Positions 9,405 through 18,940 of a stretch of DNA of 46,043 bases are shown here, in pieces. The notes beneath the pieces are model-generated. The model was given only the letters and a program-made list of their open reading frames with translations. It had not been told where the DNA came from and made no database searches. This DNA comes from a virus (lineage: Duplodnaviria; Heunggongvirae; Uroviricota; Caudoviricetes): IMG/VR virus record IMGVR_UViG_3300029841_000003. One strand, given 5' to 3'. A program made the position numbers and the translations under genes. Numbering within the stretch: the stretch's first letter is position 1; each line of letters begins with the position of its first letter.

Positions 9405-10178
9405 TTATTCTTTATTATTTACTACGGCATATCTAAATTTATAGCCGTGAGTTTGTTTTAGTTTTCCTTTACACACCTTGCTTATAGAAGATGGATCTAA
9501 ATTTAATTCTTTAGCTGCTTGACTAATACTTTCATAATTATTGATAATTTCTCCAGAAGAGGAGATTCGATCTATAGATTTTAGGGTAGAATCTTTATAA
9601 TTCTTTCTTTGATGTAATCTATAAGAAATAATTTCATCAGTGGTCATATCCTTAATGTCATTGAAATACATAAAAATATATCCATGACATGTATTGTTTT
9701 TCCCTGATGCAGTTTTAGAAATGTTTGTGGAAGCTATGCCATTAGCTCTGGCACAGTCTTGAACACTTACATAATACTCCAACACTTCATAGTCAGTATC
9801 TAACTTTATAATGGGCACAGTTTCATCTATATTGTTAGAAAGCATTCCAAAATTTTTAGGAATACAATTTCTATTATAAGCTTTGTAACCTGTCAAGCCT
9901 GATCCACCAAGAGTCATATTATACCCATAATTATATGTATCTAATGTAGCTATCCAATAAATTTCTTTAATATCTAACTCGTCAGGTTGGCATTCTTCAA
10001 GTATATAAAAATCAAAGTTCTCAACACCGTATTTATCCATTGCTCTATAAAGAAATGTATCTCTTACTAAAGAACTTGTATGTCTATGCTGAGTCCATCG
10101 TGATTTAATATCAATAGATTGACCAACATACTTTTTGTGATTTATTTTATTCTCAATGCAATATATACCACAGGACAC
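9405..10178 (-). CDS. Free-standing GIY-YIG homing endonuclease with NUMOD1-like C-terminal repeats
   Basis: GIYCIEN...YVGQS...R...E...GYNMT motifs. Two repeats of the type Y.S...AA....ISK.C.GK..T.HGY.F. Confidence 0.9.
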   Translation of the reverse strand: MSCGIYCIENKINHKKYVGQSIDIKSRWTQHRHTSSLVRDTFLYRAMDKYGVENFDFYILEECQPDELDIKEIYWIATLDTYNYGYNMTLGGSGLTGYKAYNRNCIPKNFGMLSNNIDETVPIIKLDTDYEVLEYYVSVQDCARANGIASTNISKTASGKNNTCHGYIFMYFNDIKDMTTDEIISYRLHQRKNYKDSTLKSIDRISSSGEIINNYESISQAAKELNLDPSSISKVCKGKLKQTHGYKFRYAVVNNKE

Positions 10179-10184
10179 TCAACA

Positions 10185-10376
10185 TCAGTCCTCTACAGGG
10201 ACCTCTGTTTTTTCTGTGACAGCTAAATCAAAAATACAGTCTTCAAATGTATTCTTCAGTGCATTGATAAGATCAACTACCTCGCCATCTACGTAAACAG
10301 ATCCCTGTTCATCAATTGTAGCCTTCTTGATTTTCATCTGGGTAGTAGTTGTTGTTTTAATTTCTACTCCATTCAT
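10185..10376 (-). CDS. YonK-like small phage protein
   Basis: About 63 aa starting MNGVEIK and ending AVTEKTEVPVED. Size, C-terminal pattern and position near HU and YonO resemble SPbeta YonK. Confidence 0.55.
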   Translation of the reverse strand: MNGVEIKTTTTTQMKIKKATIDEQGSVYVDGEVVDLINALKNTFEDCIFDLAVTEKTEVPVED

Positions 10377-10717
10377 CCTTTTCTTCCTTTCACTCTTTCC
10401 CACAATTTTAAAGCTTCTCTGTACTCTTTAATATTATCTTTCCTCCAACGAGCACTGTAACGTGCAGAGAATTTTAAAGTAGGTTCTATTGTTTTAATTT
10501 CTCCGTCAGGCATCTTTTTCTCATGACTTGGTACTAATTTACTAAACATACCAAATCCTGTGAACAGTCGAATTTCTACATCCTTATGTTCATTTGCTGA
10601 CAGGAGTAAATCATACACAGTTTCTTCTAAAGCTTCATATATTTCAGCTATATTTTCTTCTTGATAGCCTGTTTTTTCTGAAACCTTAGCAATCAATTCT
10701 TTTTTGGAATATTTCAT
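10373..10717 (-). CDS. Divergent HU/IHF-like DNA-binding protein
   Basis: SKKELIAKVSEKTG...IRLFTGFGMF...PDGE...LKF pattern. Confidence 0.75.
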   Translation of the reverse strand: MKYSKKELIAKVSEKTGYQEENIAEIYEALEETVYDLLLSANEHKDVEIRLFTGFGMFSKLVPSHEKKMPDGEIKTIEPTLKFSARYSARWRKDNIKEYREALKLWERVKGRKG

Positions 10718-11331
10718 AATATTTCATCAATAGGGCAGTCAACGCCAACAATAGTATCAACAATTCCCAATTCTTTAGCTTCTTCTGGGAACATATAATA
10801 TTCTCGATCAGCAATACCGTCTAAAAAATCTTTGGTAATAGAAGTATTGGCATATACAAGTTCGGCTAATCTTTCATCACATTTATTATAAAAATTCATG
10901 ATGTCATTTGCTTTTCTGGAAGTCTGCATAATACCGGTTTGTCCGTCATGAATACAAATTGTACTATTAGGAAAGATATATGATTTATCACAGACCATTG
11001 GAATATAACTTGCCATACTTGCAGCCATTCCAATTATTAAGCAATAAACAGGTGTGATACTATGTTTAATACAATCAATGAGTCCCATTCCGAAGTTTAC
11101 GACTCCACCTACTGAATTTAAAATAATCCAAATAGGCTTTCTTTTATCTTCAGGAACATCTTTATCTTCCTGATTATATTTCAAAATATATAAACAGATG
11201 GACTCTAATAGATTGTTATTGATTTCATCGTTAATGATTAATCTACGATTGTCATAGTTGCTTTTGATGATATCAGCAACTAATTCATCTACTCCACTTT
11301 TCATAATTGGAAAATCAAATAATTCTTCCAT
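10714..11331 (-). CDS. clpP: ClpP-like (S14) serine protease
   Basis: PIWIILNSVGG, catalytic Ser in GMAASMAS, His in ICIHDG, and EEAKELGIVD. Confidence 0.88.
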   Translation of the reverse strand: MEELFDFPIMKSGVDELVADIIKSNYDNRRLIINDEINNNLLESICLYILKYNQEDKDVPEDKRKPIWIILNSVGGVVNFGMGLIDCIKHSITPVYCLIIGMAASMASYIPMVCDKSYIFPNSTICIHDGQTGIMQTSRKANDIMNFYNKCDERLAELVYANTSITKDFLDGIADREYYMFPEEAKELGIVDTIVGVDCPIDEIL

Positions 11332-11358
11332 ATGTTTCTCCTTGTAATCCTTATATTT

Positions 11359-12570
11359 TTAGAAGTGATCCTTTTCGAAAAGATCAGCGAAGAGTTTACT
11401 GGTTTCTGATCGCACATCTTCTCCAAGATAGATACATCCAAATTTTTCATTTCCTTTAAATTCATTGCACATTTTAATGAGAGGATTATTAATCGTTTTA
11501 CTTAACAGAGATTGTTTGTAATCACCTGCAAGATAAATTTTACTGTTCTCTCCGAGTCGTGTACCAATAAGTTTAATTTGACTTTCTGATAAATCTTCTG
11601 CTTCATCACAGAGAATAACAGTGTCATTATAAGTAGTACCTTTCATAAAGAACGGTACATTAGTATCTAACACACCAGATACTTTCAAACTCTGTAATTC
11701 AAACTCTCCGCCATTAAGAGACTGAGAGAGTGGTTCAAAGAATCTCCCAACTTTATCTTCCATGTCGCCTGGAAGGAATCCGATCTCTTTACCTTCACCA
11801 GAAACTTCTCGTACACCTAAGATTTTACTATTTCTGCCTTTCTCCTTTACATTGTATAGTGCCATTTGCATAGAAAGATAAGTTTTTCCGCTGCCGTATC
11901 CACCGAGAATAGCCGCAATAGTGATATCTGGGTTATTCAAAATATCTAATGCACAACGTTGTAAGGAGTTTTTTGCTTTAATAAATTTGGAAGATGGCAG
12001 TTTTAATGCCACAAACCCCTGACCGTCATAGCGCATTTCTTTAGTAGTGCCGTCATCGGTATTTTCAATAATGAGATATTCATTGATATGCCAAGTTGAA
12101 TAATCTAGTTCAGCCATAGCCTGATTAATAGCATTAGTATCACCTTTAATTACTTTATATCCTTTATATATCTCGTTAGTAGGCTCTACGATTCCGTACA
12201 CTGGCAGGTTAAAGACTTTCCTTGCAATATTTTTGCAGCACAAATCATCTGAAATGAATTCAATATCCTGAACTTTAGATAGAGTATAAGCACTAAAAAC
12301 AATCCTGTTGTCTGGTCTAACTGGATCCAATTCAAAATTTAACAGTTGTTTTTCCATTTCAAAATTATAATTTATTACGGAATACTGATCATGATTCTGA
12401 TCTAAAAGACGAGCTATATGTCTAGCTTTGTATTTGATATCCTCATCTTTTCGAGAGGATGTTTTGATATTTTCGATTTCTCTAAGAGTTTCATCAGAGA
12501 TGAAGAATCTTTCTTTGAATGCTGCCTCCTGGAGATTCAGGAGAGCATTGGTATCATAAAATTTAGTAAT
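11359..12570 (-). CDS. phoH: PIN-PhoH family protein (probable ATT start, longer than the ORF track)
   Basis: PhoH motifs GGYGSGKT, GFLPG, ILCDEAED and LAGDYKQ. The frame stays open upstream to ATT at 12570, 9 nt after AAGGAG, adding the PIN motifs FYDTNALL and ETLREIE. Confidence 0.85.
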   Translation of the reverse strand: MTKFYDTNALLNLQEAAFKERFFISDETLREIENIKTSSRKDEDIKYKARHIARLLDQNHDQYSVINYNFEMEKQLLNFELDPVRPDNRIVFSAYTLSKVQDIEFISDDLCCKNIARKVFNLPVYGIVEPTNEIYKGYKVIKGDTNAINQAMAELDYSTWHINEYLIIENTDDGTTKEMRYDGQGFVALKLPSSKFIKAKNSLQRCALDILNNPDITIAAILGGYGSGKTYLSMQMALYNVKEKGRNSKILGVREVSGEGKEIGFLPGDMEDKVGRFFEPLSQSLNGGEFELQSLKVSGVLDTNVPFFMKGTTYNDTVILCDEAEDLSESQIKLIGTRLGENSKIYLAGDYKQSLLSKTINNPLIKMCNEFKGNEKFGCIYLGEDVRSETSKLFADLFEKDHF

Positions 12571-12584
12571 AGTTAGGCACTCCT

Positions 12585-12764
12585 TTACAGTGATTTTGCT
12601 TTATCAGCATAGTAGTCCTCAATATATCTGTTGTTGCCTGAGGTCTTGTAATATCCTACATGATATCCTTTTTTGTTAATGTAACCTTTGTGCGTGTTTC
12701 TAATGATACCTTTGTCCATTAGTTTTTCAATTTCTTTCTTAGAAATCGGTTTAATAATAATCAA
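12585..12764 (-). CDS. Small hypothetical protein, about 56-59 aa (not in ORF track)
   Basis: Open frame (L)IIIKPISKKEIEKLMDKGII...YADKAKSL* fills the gap between neighbouring genes. TTG or ATT start. Confidence 0.65.
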   Translation of the reverse strand: MIIIKPISKKEIEKLMDKGIIRNTHKGYINKKGYHVGYYKTSGNNRYIEDYYADKAKSL

Positions 12765-12777
12765 CTCTTTCTATAAT

Positions 12778-13038
12778 TTATTTTTTATTAAATAGATGTT
12801 CGTAGATTTCCATACCCCTGTCATTCAGCATCCTGTAGTAAGGCTCCTGAGAAGACTCCCCATTTCTTCTCACAGTCACACCGGAACAGGCTGCGTTGTC
12901 ACAGCGGAGGATATTTACTCCATCTACTTTTTTCAATGTTTTTCCACAGACAGGACATTTTCCTAAAAATTTCTGTCTGGCAAAATAAAGTCTATTGTTG
13001 TTTTTCATCCTTATACCTTCCCTTTCATATATACTCAA
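12778..13038 (-). CDS. Zn-ribbon protein
   Basis: CPVC...CDNAAC motif. The likely start is MKNNN after GAAGG. Confidence 0.7.
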   Translation of the reverse strand: MSIYEREGIRMKNNNRLYFARQKFLGKCPVCGKTLKKVDGVNILRCDNAACSGVTVRRNGESSQEPYYRMLNDRGMEIYEHLFNKK

Positions 13039-13047
13039 TCAACGAAA

Positions 13048-13083
13048 TCTCGCAAACGCGCCTGTAGAGCGCATTTGCGGAGA
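13048..13083 (-). terminator. GC-rich hairpin, possible terminator or processing site
   Basis: Minus-strand stem CGCAAATGCGC/GCGCGTTTGCG lies just after the stop at 13105. Confidence 0.45.
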
Positions 13084-13104
13084 CATTGGTTTAGTTTGAT
13101 AGCG

Positions 13105-13983
13105 TTACATATGCCTTTTTTCTCTATGTTTAGCAACTCTTTGACGAGTTTTTTCTAAGTCAATAATATTTTGACATTCGGAACAAAGTACAGAACGATT
13201 ATTTTTAGATACTGCAATAAATTCTTTACCGCAACAATCACACGTAATAAGTTTTGTTTCATCCTTGGCACTTTTATTCTGGCAATCGGTGCAATAAGGT
13301 GAACCGCCTTTAGAATATTTCACTTTATACGGCTTCCCGCAGCGTTTACACAGCTTTATCTTAGACTTCGGGCCCAAGTTCTGATACTGATAGCCCAACT
13401 CACGCATATCTGTAATTTTAAGCACCGGATCAGACTCATTATCAACAAATGTGATTCTTATATTGAAGCGAGTTATCTTTTTACTCACTTCAACCAACCC
13501 CAATTCCTTTAAGTCATAAATTATGTACGGACGATCATCTACTTTACAAGTTACTCTGGCAAGGTTGAAATATACGTCCATAGAATAATTGATCCAGTTA
13601 TTATTGGTTTCTGATTTTAGATTGTTAAACTTGGCAATGACTAAAAGAGTGAATGCAAGTCTTTCCCTGGCAGGATTCTTGATTTCCTTGATGGTATCTA
13701 ACTCTTTCTGCGTAATAGGTATATAATCAATGTTCAACAGATCTCTCTTCTTAGCTTTACCAATACATTTGTCTATAAATGAGTACCAGTTATTGATATC
13801 AAAATCAGAATCTACTTTGGAAGCAAATTCTTCTATACCATTATAAATTTCTTTCTGAGTATACTTTTCCTGATACATATATCTAGTTAGAAGAGCTATG
13901 TTTGCTCCTAAATCTTTAGGGCTACAATCACCGAGTTCTAACATTTTTTCTATATATTGTTTTTCGTTGAGTATTAAATCCAT
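13105..13983 (-). CDS. Hypothetical protein with C-terminal CxxC zinc ribbons, translationally coupled to YonO
   Basis: ATG at 13983 overlaps the polymerase stop (TAATG). Four CxxC pairs near the C-terminus. Confidence 0.75.
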   Translation of the reverse strand: MDLILNEKQYIEKMLELGDCSPKDLGANIALLTRYMYQEKYTQKEIYNGIEEFASKVDSDFDINNWYSFIDKCIGKAKKRDLLNIDYIPITQKELDTIKEIKNPARERLAFTLLVIAKFNNLKSETNNNWINYSMDVYFNLARVTCKVDDRPYIIYDLKELGLVEVSKKITRFNIRITFVDNESDPVLKITDMRELGYQYQNLGPKSKIKLCKRCGKPYKVKYSKGGSPYCTDCQNKSAKDETKLITCDCCGKEFIAVSKNNRSVLCSECQNIIDLEKTRQRVAKHREKRHM

Positions 13984-15068
13984 TATTCTTCGCCTTTCAT
14001 TTTTACTTTTTTCATTGAGAAGTGTTCGCCGCAAAACTCTATATCACCGTCTGGATCCTTTACAGGAAACTGCGCATAACCATCTGTTCGAGAAAGAAGG
14101 TTATCAATAATAGTATCTCCGGACATCTCCCAGACGAAAGTTTTACCCTTTTTTGTGTTATATCCCAAATCAACCAGAATGTTACAAAGCTTTTCTGCGT
14201 CTGGAACATATTCTGCACACTCTGATTCAAAAGTCATTCCAATAGGAGTTAAAGAAGTATCTTCATACACAGAGCTATGGCGGCTCATTCTGTTTGCATA
14301 AGTTTTGTTATATTTATCATAGATACGTTTTATAAAAGCCTTATCCTTATTTGTGTAGGTGACATCTGACTTCAGAATAGAACTGTCAAACGGTACCTTA
14401 CTTTCTTTTACATCAGCCAGTGTTTTCTCAATTTCCCAACAGAGTTCATTGACTACACAGGTTTCTGCATTGACTGGATAGAATTCTTTATAGAATTTAA
14501 GAAACTCTGCCTGTTCTTCAGTCAACTCTTGTGATGACAGCAGCTCTTCCAGCGGAATATTAAATCTGGACCTGCTCACGGCATCTGATGTTTTGATGTA
14601 GTCTTTGTATTCTTTCATAAGAGTAGGGTAGTTGTAGATGAAGAAGTACGGCTTCTTATCTGCACAAATTCTCTGATTGAATTCCTTCTTAGATATTTCT
14701 TCTGGTGTATCTGTTTCTTCTATACGGTTGTAGCTATTGTCATACCAATGTTTTGGCATAGGTTTAGCGATGATTCCTTTAGCTTTATCAATAGAGTTCT
14801 GTTGGAACAGCTGCCCACACAATATCCTGTAGTCTAAGACTTTATATTCCTCACTGTCTTTCGGGAACCTTGCCTGTAAGCATATCTGTGAAGTGATAAC
14901 ATTAGTAATAGGACCAATCGCATCACCGAAAGAACCTTTATTAGCTTGTATCATATCTGTCTCAGTCGGAACTACCTTGTTTCCTTTGCGCTGAATGCAG
15001 TAGATTGGCGGTAGGTTTTCTGTATGTTTTAATAAGATAGTATTGTTAGTAGTAAACATTAAGTCTCC
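13983..15068 (-). CDS. yonO: YonO-like single-subunit RNA polymerase, exon 2
   Basis: Begins GGA GAC TTA ATG (GDLM), completing DCDGD after splicing. Contains IGPITN and QNSIDKAKG motifs of the RdRP/YonO double-psi-barrel family. Confidence 0.88.
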   Translation of the reverse strand, partial: GDLMFTTNNTILLKHTENLPPIYCIQRKGNKVVPTETDMIQANKGSFGDAIGPITNVITSQICLQARFPKDSEEYKVLDYRILCGQLFQQNSIDKAKGIIAKPMPKHWYDNSYNRIEETDTPEEISKKEFNQRICADKKPYFFIYNYPTLMKEYKDYIKTSDAVSRSRFNIPLEELLSSQELTEEQAEFLKFYKEFYPVNAETCVVNELCWEIEKTLADVKESKVPFDSSILKSDVTYTNKDKAFIKRIYDKYNKTYANRMSRHSSVYEDTSLTPIGMTFESECAEYVPDAEKLCNILVDLGYNTKKGKTFVWEMSGDTIIDNLLSRTDGYAQFPVKDPDGDIEFCGEHFSMKKVKMKGEE

Positions 15069-16061
15069 CGACTTAACACCTTATGTTTCCATAAGGGCTA
15101 GACTATATCTTCATCTGTAGCTCTATCACCAAGATACAGATGCTCGGCACTTCCCTTGCGAGAATTTCACTCACAAGGTACTCTACTTGCTTCTTTACTT
15201 AAGTATTTCTCTTAAGCTATGCTTTCGATAGCCGTTGAACTTTTCTCATTATTGAGACTTAGCACAGTATTGTCTTTGGAAAAATAGTATGTGTGTTTAT
15301 ATATGTTACCTGTTTTTATATAATATGGGATTCTTCCTGCTAGACCTGCCGGAGATGAAGAAGAGTGCAGTTGTTCCAACACATATTCTGCGCATAACTG
15401 CATGTATGGAAAAGTTGCTATTACATTTTTGTCTTTATCTAACAAACATACTGGAATAGCTCTTCCATTCTGTCCTCCGGGACGAGATTGTTTTTCTTTT
15501 GAATATGCAGGATCAGCTTTGTACTTCTCACTTAGCGTGGTGTTTCCGTAGTTGGGATTTTTCTTGCCACTATAATCTAACGTCTGCGAAACATGTCTGC
15601 CAGCAGCGAGAGTATAGTCAACATTTTCTTTATGTGAACACCATTCTAAGTTATCTACACTGTTGTTTGTGCGGTCGTAGTCTTTATGATTTACTTCCGG
15701 TAAATTTAAAGGATTAGAGATAAATGCTTTTGCTACTAATCTATGAACACTGGCAACTGTTCTGTTTCCTGTTTTACCGACAGTAATGCACATGTACCCA
15801 TCTGAATTCATGCGTTGTTTTATTTCCTGATGATATTTCGCTCTACCACGATTATGAGTACTAAATATTTTTCCATCTTCACGAACTATGTAATCAATAC
15901 CTTTTACATTTAAAATTCTTTCTTCTATTGTTCTCACCTTCTTTTTTATAATCTATTTTTCCAATAAGAGTTCCACTGTTAGCCCGGTACTTCCGGACAC
16001 CTTACATTTGTAAGTTCACCGAGTTTTACATATACATCGCTGTATAAGGTGACAGAGTTTT
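15069..16061 (-). mobile_element. Group I self-splicing intron (993 nt) in the RNA polymerase gene
   Basis: Exon 1 ends in U. IGS GTCAC pairs with exon GTGAT (U.G wobble). P3 CTCGGT/GCCGAG, P4 ACAGTG/TACTGT, R element CAACGGCTA, P8 CATCTGTA/TACAGATG, S element AAGATATAGTC, P9 CCTTATG-GAAA-CATAAGG. Terminal G at 15069. Confidence 0.92.
15212..15937 (-). CDS. Intron-encoded HNH homing endonuclease (I-HmuI-like)
   Basis: VHRLVAKAFI.NP.NLPEVNHKD.DRTNN.VDNLEWC...EN motif plus NUMOD3-like SGKKNPNYG. The ORF runs into the intron core. Confidence 0.92.
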   Translation of the reverse strand: MRTIEERILNVKGIDYIVREDGKIFSTHNRGRAKYHQEIKQRMNSDGYMCITVGKTGNRTVASVHRLVAKAFISNPLNLPEVNHKDYDRTNNSVDNLEWCSHKENVDYTLAAGRHVSQTLDYSGKKNPNYGNTTLSEKYKADPAYSKEKQSRPGGQNGRAIPVCLLDKDKNVIATFPYMQLCAEYVLEQLHSSSSPAGLAGRIPYYIKTGNIYKHTYYFSKDNTVLSLNNEKSSTAIESIA

Positions 16062-17708
16062 ATCACAATCAGCTCCATTGAGAGCTTCCTTAGTACTATC
16101 CCATGAGTTTAACAACATGCATGTGTTTATATATCTATACCAATAAGTCATATCAGGAGTCCCTACTATCTTAAGCTTACGTACATTGTATTTGCTTGTC
16201 ATAGGTGCTCTGAAGCAGCAGACCTCGCTGACTTCTCGATCAAGCCAATGTTTATGCCAGCATTCCCCAGCATGGAGTAATCCTGTGACCGGTAAACCAA
16301 AGATACTCTGCATCAAGCTATACGGATCCCCTCCAATGATGGCAAAGTTACCCCTTACTTTGAGTACACCAATCTTGGCCTGTCTGATTTTTTTCTTTAT
16401 CATATTGTAGATTCTGTCTCTGATGTAAGGATCATGAATCATCTGTGGCTCAATCATGAGAGCATTGATATACGGTTCTTCATCAATATAGGAATCTTCT
16501 GTAAGATTTGTTCCTCTCAGAAATAGGAGTGACTTCCTGTAATCTAATCCAAGGATTTCTTGAATTTCTTCTACTGTAGGACGGACCAATTCAGTTACTT
16601 CTTCCGGTGTAAGGTGGTAATTCTGCAGGAACTGGTAATTTGTGCTTCTGTACTCATCAAGTCTTGCAGGAGCAGTCTTGGCTATAGATATTTGATAATG
16701 ATATTTTTCTATATTGGACCAGTAATCTTCGAAAGAAGAGTAGGAATCCCATAATTTAAGCATAGAAGTAGTAATAATCAGTTCAGACTCTCTGATATCT
16801 CTCATATCTCCCCAGGCATCTTTTATATAGAAGTTTTTCGCTATAGATTCCCCAAAAGCTAAGTAATCCATTGTGAAAACCATGCCCTTTGTCCATGGAA
16901 GTCCTCTGAGATTACAGCCAGATAAAAAATCTTCTTCTTCGTCAAGCTCTCTTGCCCAACGGTAAGAGAGTGATGGAAGCATGATTCCGTAACCGTCTGA
17001 TTCCGTAAGCTCTATTTCTTGATCCTTGAGGAACTCTACTATTGGTTCATCAGACTGAGAGTCATCTACACGAATAATGTCTTCTGTGAAATGAGTAATG
17101 CAGTCAGGAACGACTATGATCCCTTTTGGCATACTTACTGGAATACTACCGGAACAGATCAGTGCCTGGTACGCTTCAAGTTTAGCTGGCACAAATTTTT
17201 GTTCTAGGTTCCTACCGCAACAGAGACGCTCATAGAGCTGGGGATATAGCCTTTCAGAGACATAAACAATAGTAGAATTCTTTATGCCCCCGTTGGTGCC
17301 TAGGAGTCTGTGATATTTTATTCCATTGATAGAAAAGCCTTTATTGGCTCTGTTATAATCAGACATTTTATCAATGATCAGACACATGTAATCTGGAACA
17401 AATTGAAGATTATAGAATCTTTTATAGAGATTTGCTATGAGAGTATCTTTCTTAGAAGAATCAGATTTTTTGAGACGCTTGATTTCTTTCTTTATATAAG
17501 AAGCTTCTTCTTCTCTGGCTTCACTGGTGTCTCCGTTGAGTTCATCAATGAATCTGAGAATCTGGCTATCAGACAGAGAAATAATGTCTTCTGTGTTTAG
17601 AGCTTCCTCTAATGGATATTCTAGCTTCCAGCGTGATCTGCGAAGACGTTCACTGTGGAGCTTGAATAAGTATCTTTTACATTTTTTCTGCTTTGCTATT
17701 GTAATCAT
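16062..17708 (-). CDS. yonO: YonO-like single-subunit RNA polymerase, exon 1
   Basis: Motifs SDGYG, NLRGLPWTKG, FRAP and terminal ALNGADCD. The spliced product is about 910 aa with the metal-binding DxDGD. Confidence 0.88.
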
Positions 17709-17990
17709 TCCTTCCTTTTTTAACGTAGATAACGGTTTCAAAAGTTCTTCGCTTCGCTCAGTCCTTTTTCAAGAAAACCATTTTTTTCTACTTGAGATAT
17801 AGTAATTAAATAAAAATATATTAATTATATTATGTTCGATGGAAAACTTTTCACCAACAAAAACAATCAACGTCTGAACGCAAAATTTTTTCAGAAGCAG
17901 CTGCTTTAGGCGAGGCGCTTAACCGCCGAGTGTAGAAAGTAGCGCTGAAAAAACTTTCATGTGTTCAGACCTCAGGCTTCGCCTTTCGCT

Positions 17991-18836
17991 CTATTGAAGG
18001 GGAACAGTGGAAAAAATAATGGATTGAATCTTTTTCTGGTTGCATGGTTCAAAATGATGGCTATAATTGGTTAACTTTTCCAAAATTAACTTATTCATTG
18101 CTGTTTTATTAGCCTCAGGCAATTGAATAAATTCTTTTATGTCAGTAAAAACAAAACATCTATTGAAATGTTTAACATGATAAGGCGACAATTTCTTTAA
18201 AATATAATCCTTGTATTCCTGACTCTTGGAGCTATGAATTACAGACCATTCGTTATCATAAGAAAATTGTGCCAAAGCTTCTTGTTTAACACTTTCCATA
18301 TAACCTTTTGGTATATCTACAGGCTTATAACCTTTTTCAAACTCATATGAATAATCTCTATAGTAAGAGATGCATCCTTTTTCAGCGAATATATTTAAGT
18401 TAATATATAACATTTGTGTGAGAGTAGCATTTAACTTTTTATAGAAGTACCTATAAGTAGACAAAGACAACTTTGTATTGTTCACGCTATCTAAAAAATA
18501 CTTAGGTTTAGTAAAACGTTCACTTGTCATACCGAGCAATTCGTATAAATCATAGATAGTATATTTTTTATTTAATTCTAAATATTTCATATTTGACAGA
18601 ATCTGTGAATTATATCTACCTTTTGGAATATATTTATTTTCTTGTTTAGCATGAACATCAGTAATAATAATTCTGTTGCTTCCAGGAATCTTATCCCATG
18701 AAAGATACTTCTTCATTTCATTGACTCTGACAACATATCTGTTTCCGGCAGGCATTTTCTGGCCAGTAAGAGCTACTGACAGTTCCTGCATATTTTTAAA
18801 TTCTTGACCTGGTAAAATTTTTGTGGTGTCAATCAA
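17991..18836 (-). CDS. Hypothetical phage protein
   Basis: 281-aa ORF in line with the minus-strand arm. No family recognised. Confidence 0.7.
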   Translation of the reverse strand: MIDTTKILPGQEFKNMQELSVALTGQKMPAGNRYVVRVNEMKKYLSWDKIPGSNRIIITDVHAKQENKYIPKGRYNSQILSNMKYLELNKKYTIYDLYELLGMTSERFTKPKYFLDSVNNTKLSLSTYRYFYKKLNATLTQMLYINLNIFAEKGCISYYRDYSYEFEKGYKPVDIPKGYMESVKQEALAQFSYDNEWSVIHSSKSQEYKDYILKKLSPYHVKHFNRCFVFTDIKEFIQLPEANKTAMNKLILEKLTNYSHHFEPCNQKKIQSIIFSTVPLQ

Positions 18837-18940
18837 CTTTCTTACCCCCTATATAATGGTTTTATTTGAGTATATGGATCAAATTTCTTTTGTAAAAGGC
18901 TCACTGTAAAGTTGTAAGCCTCTCACTGTAGAATCAAAAT

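Noticed and set aside
16026..16061. C-terminus KTLSPYTAMYM of the 571-aa ORF, and 13983-15059 as a separate gene or pseudogene
   Set aside because: These are intron read-through and exon 2 of one spliced gene. An intein is excluded by the in-frame stop and the group I core.
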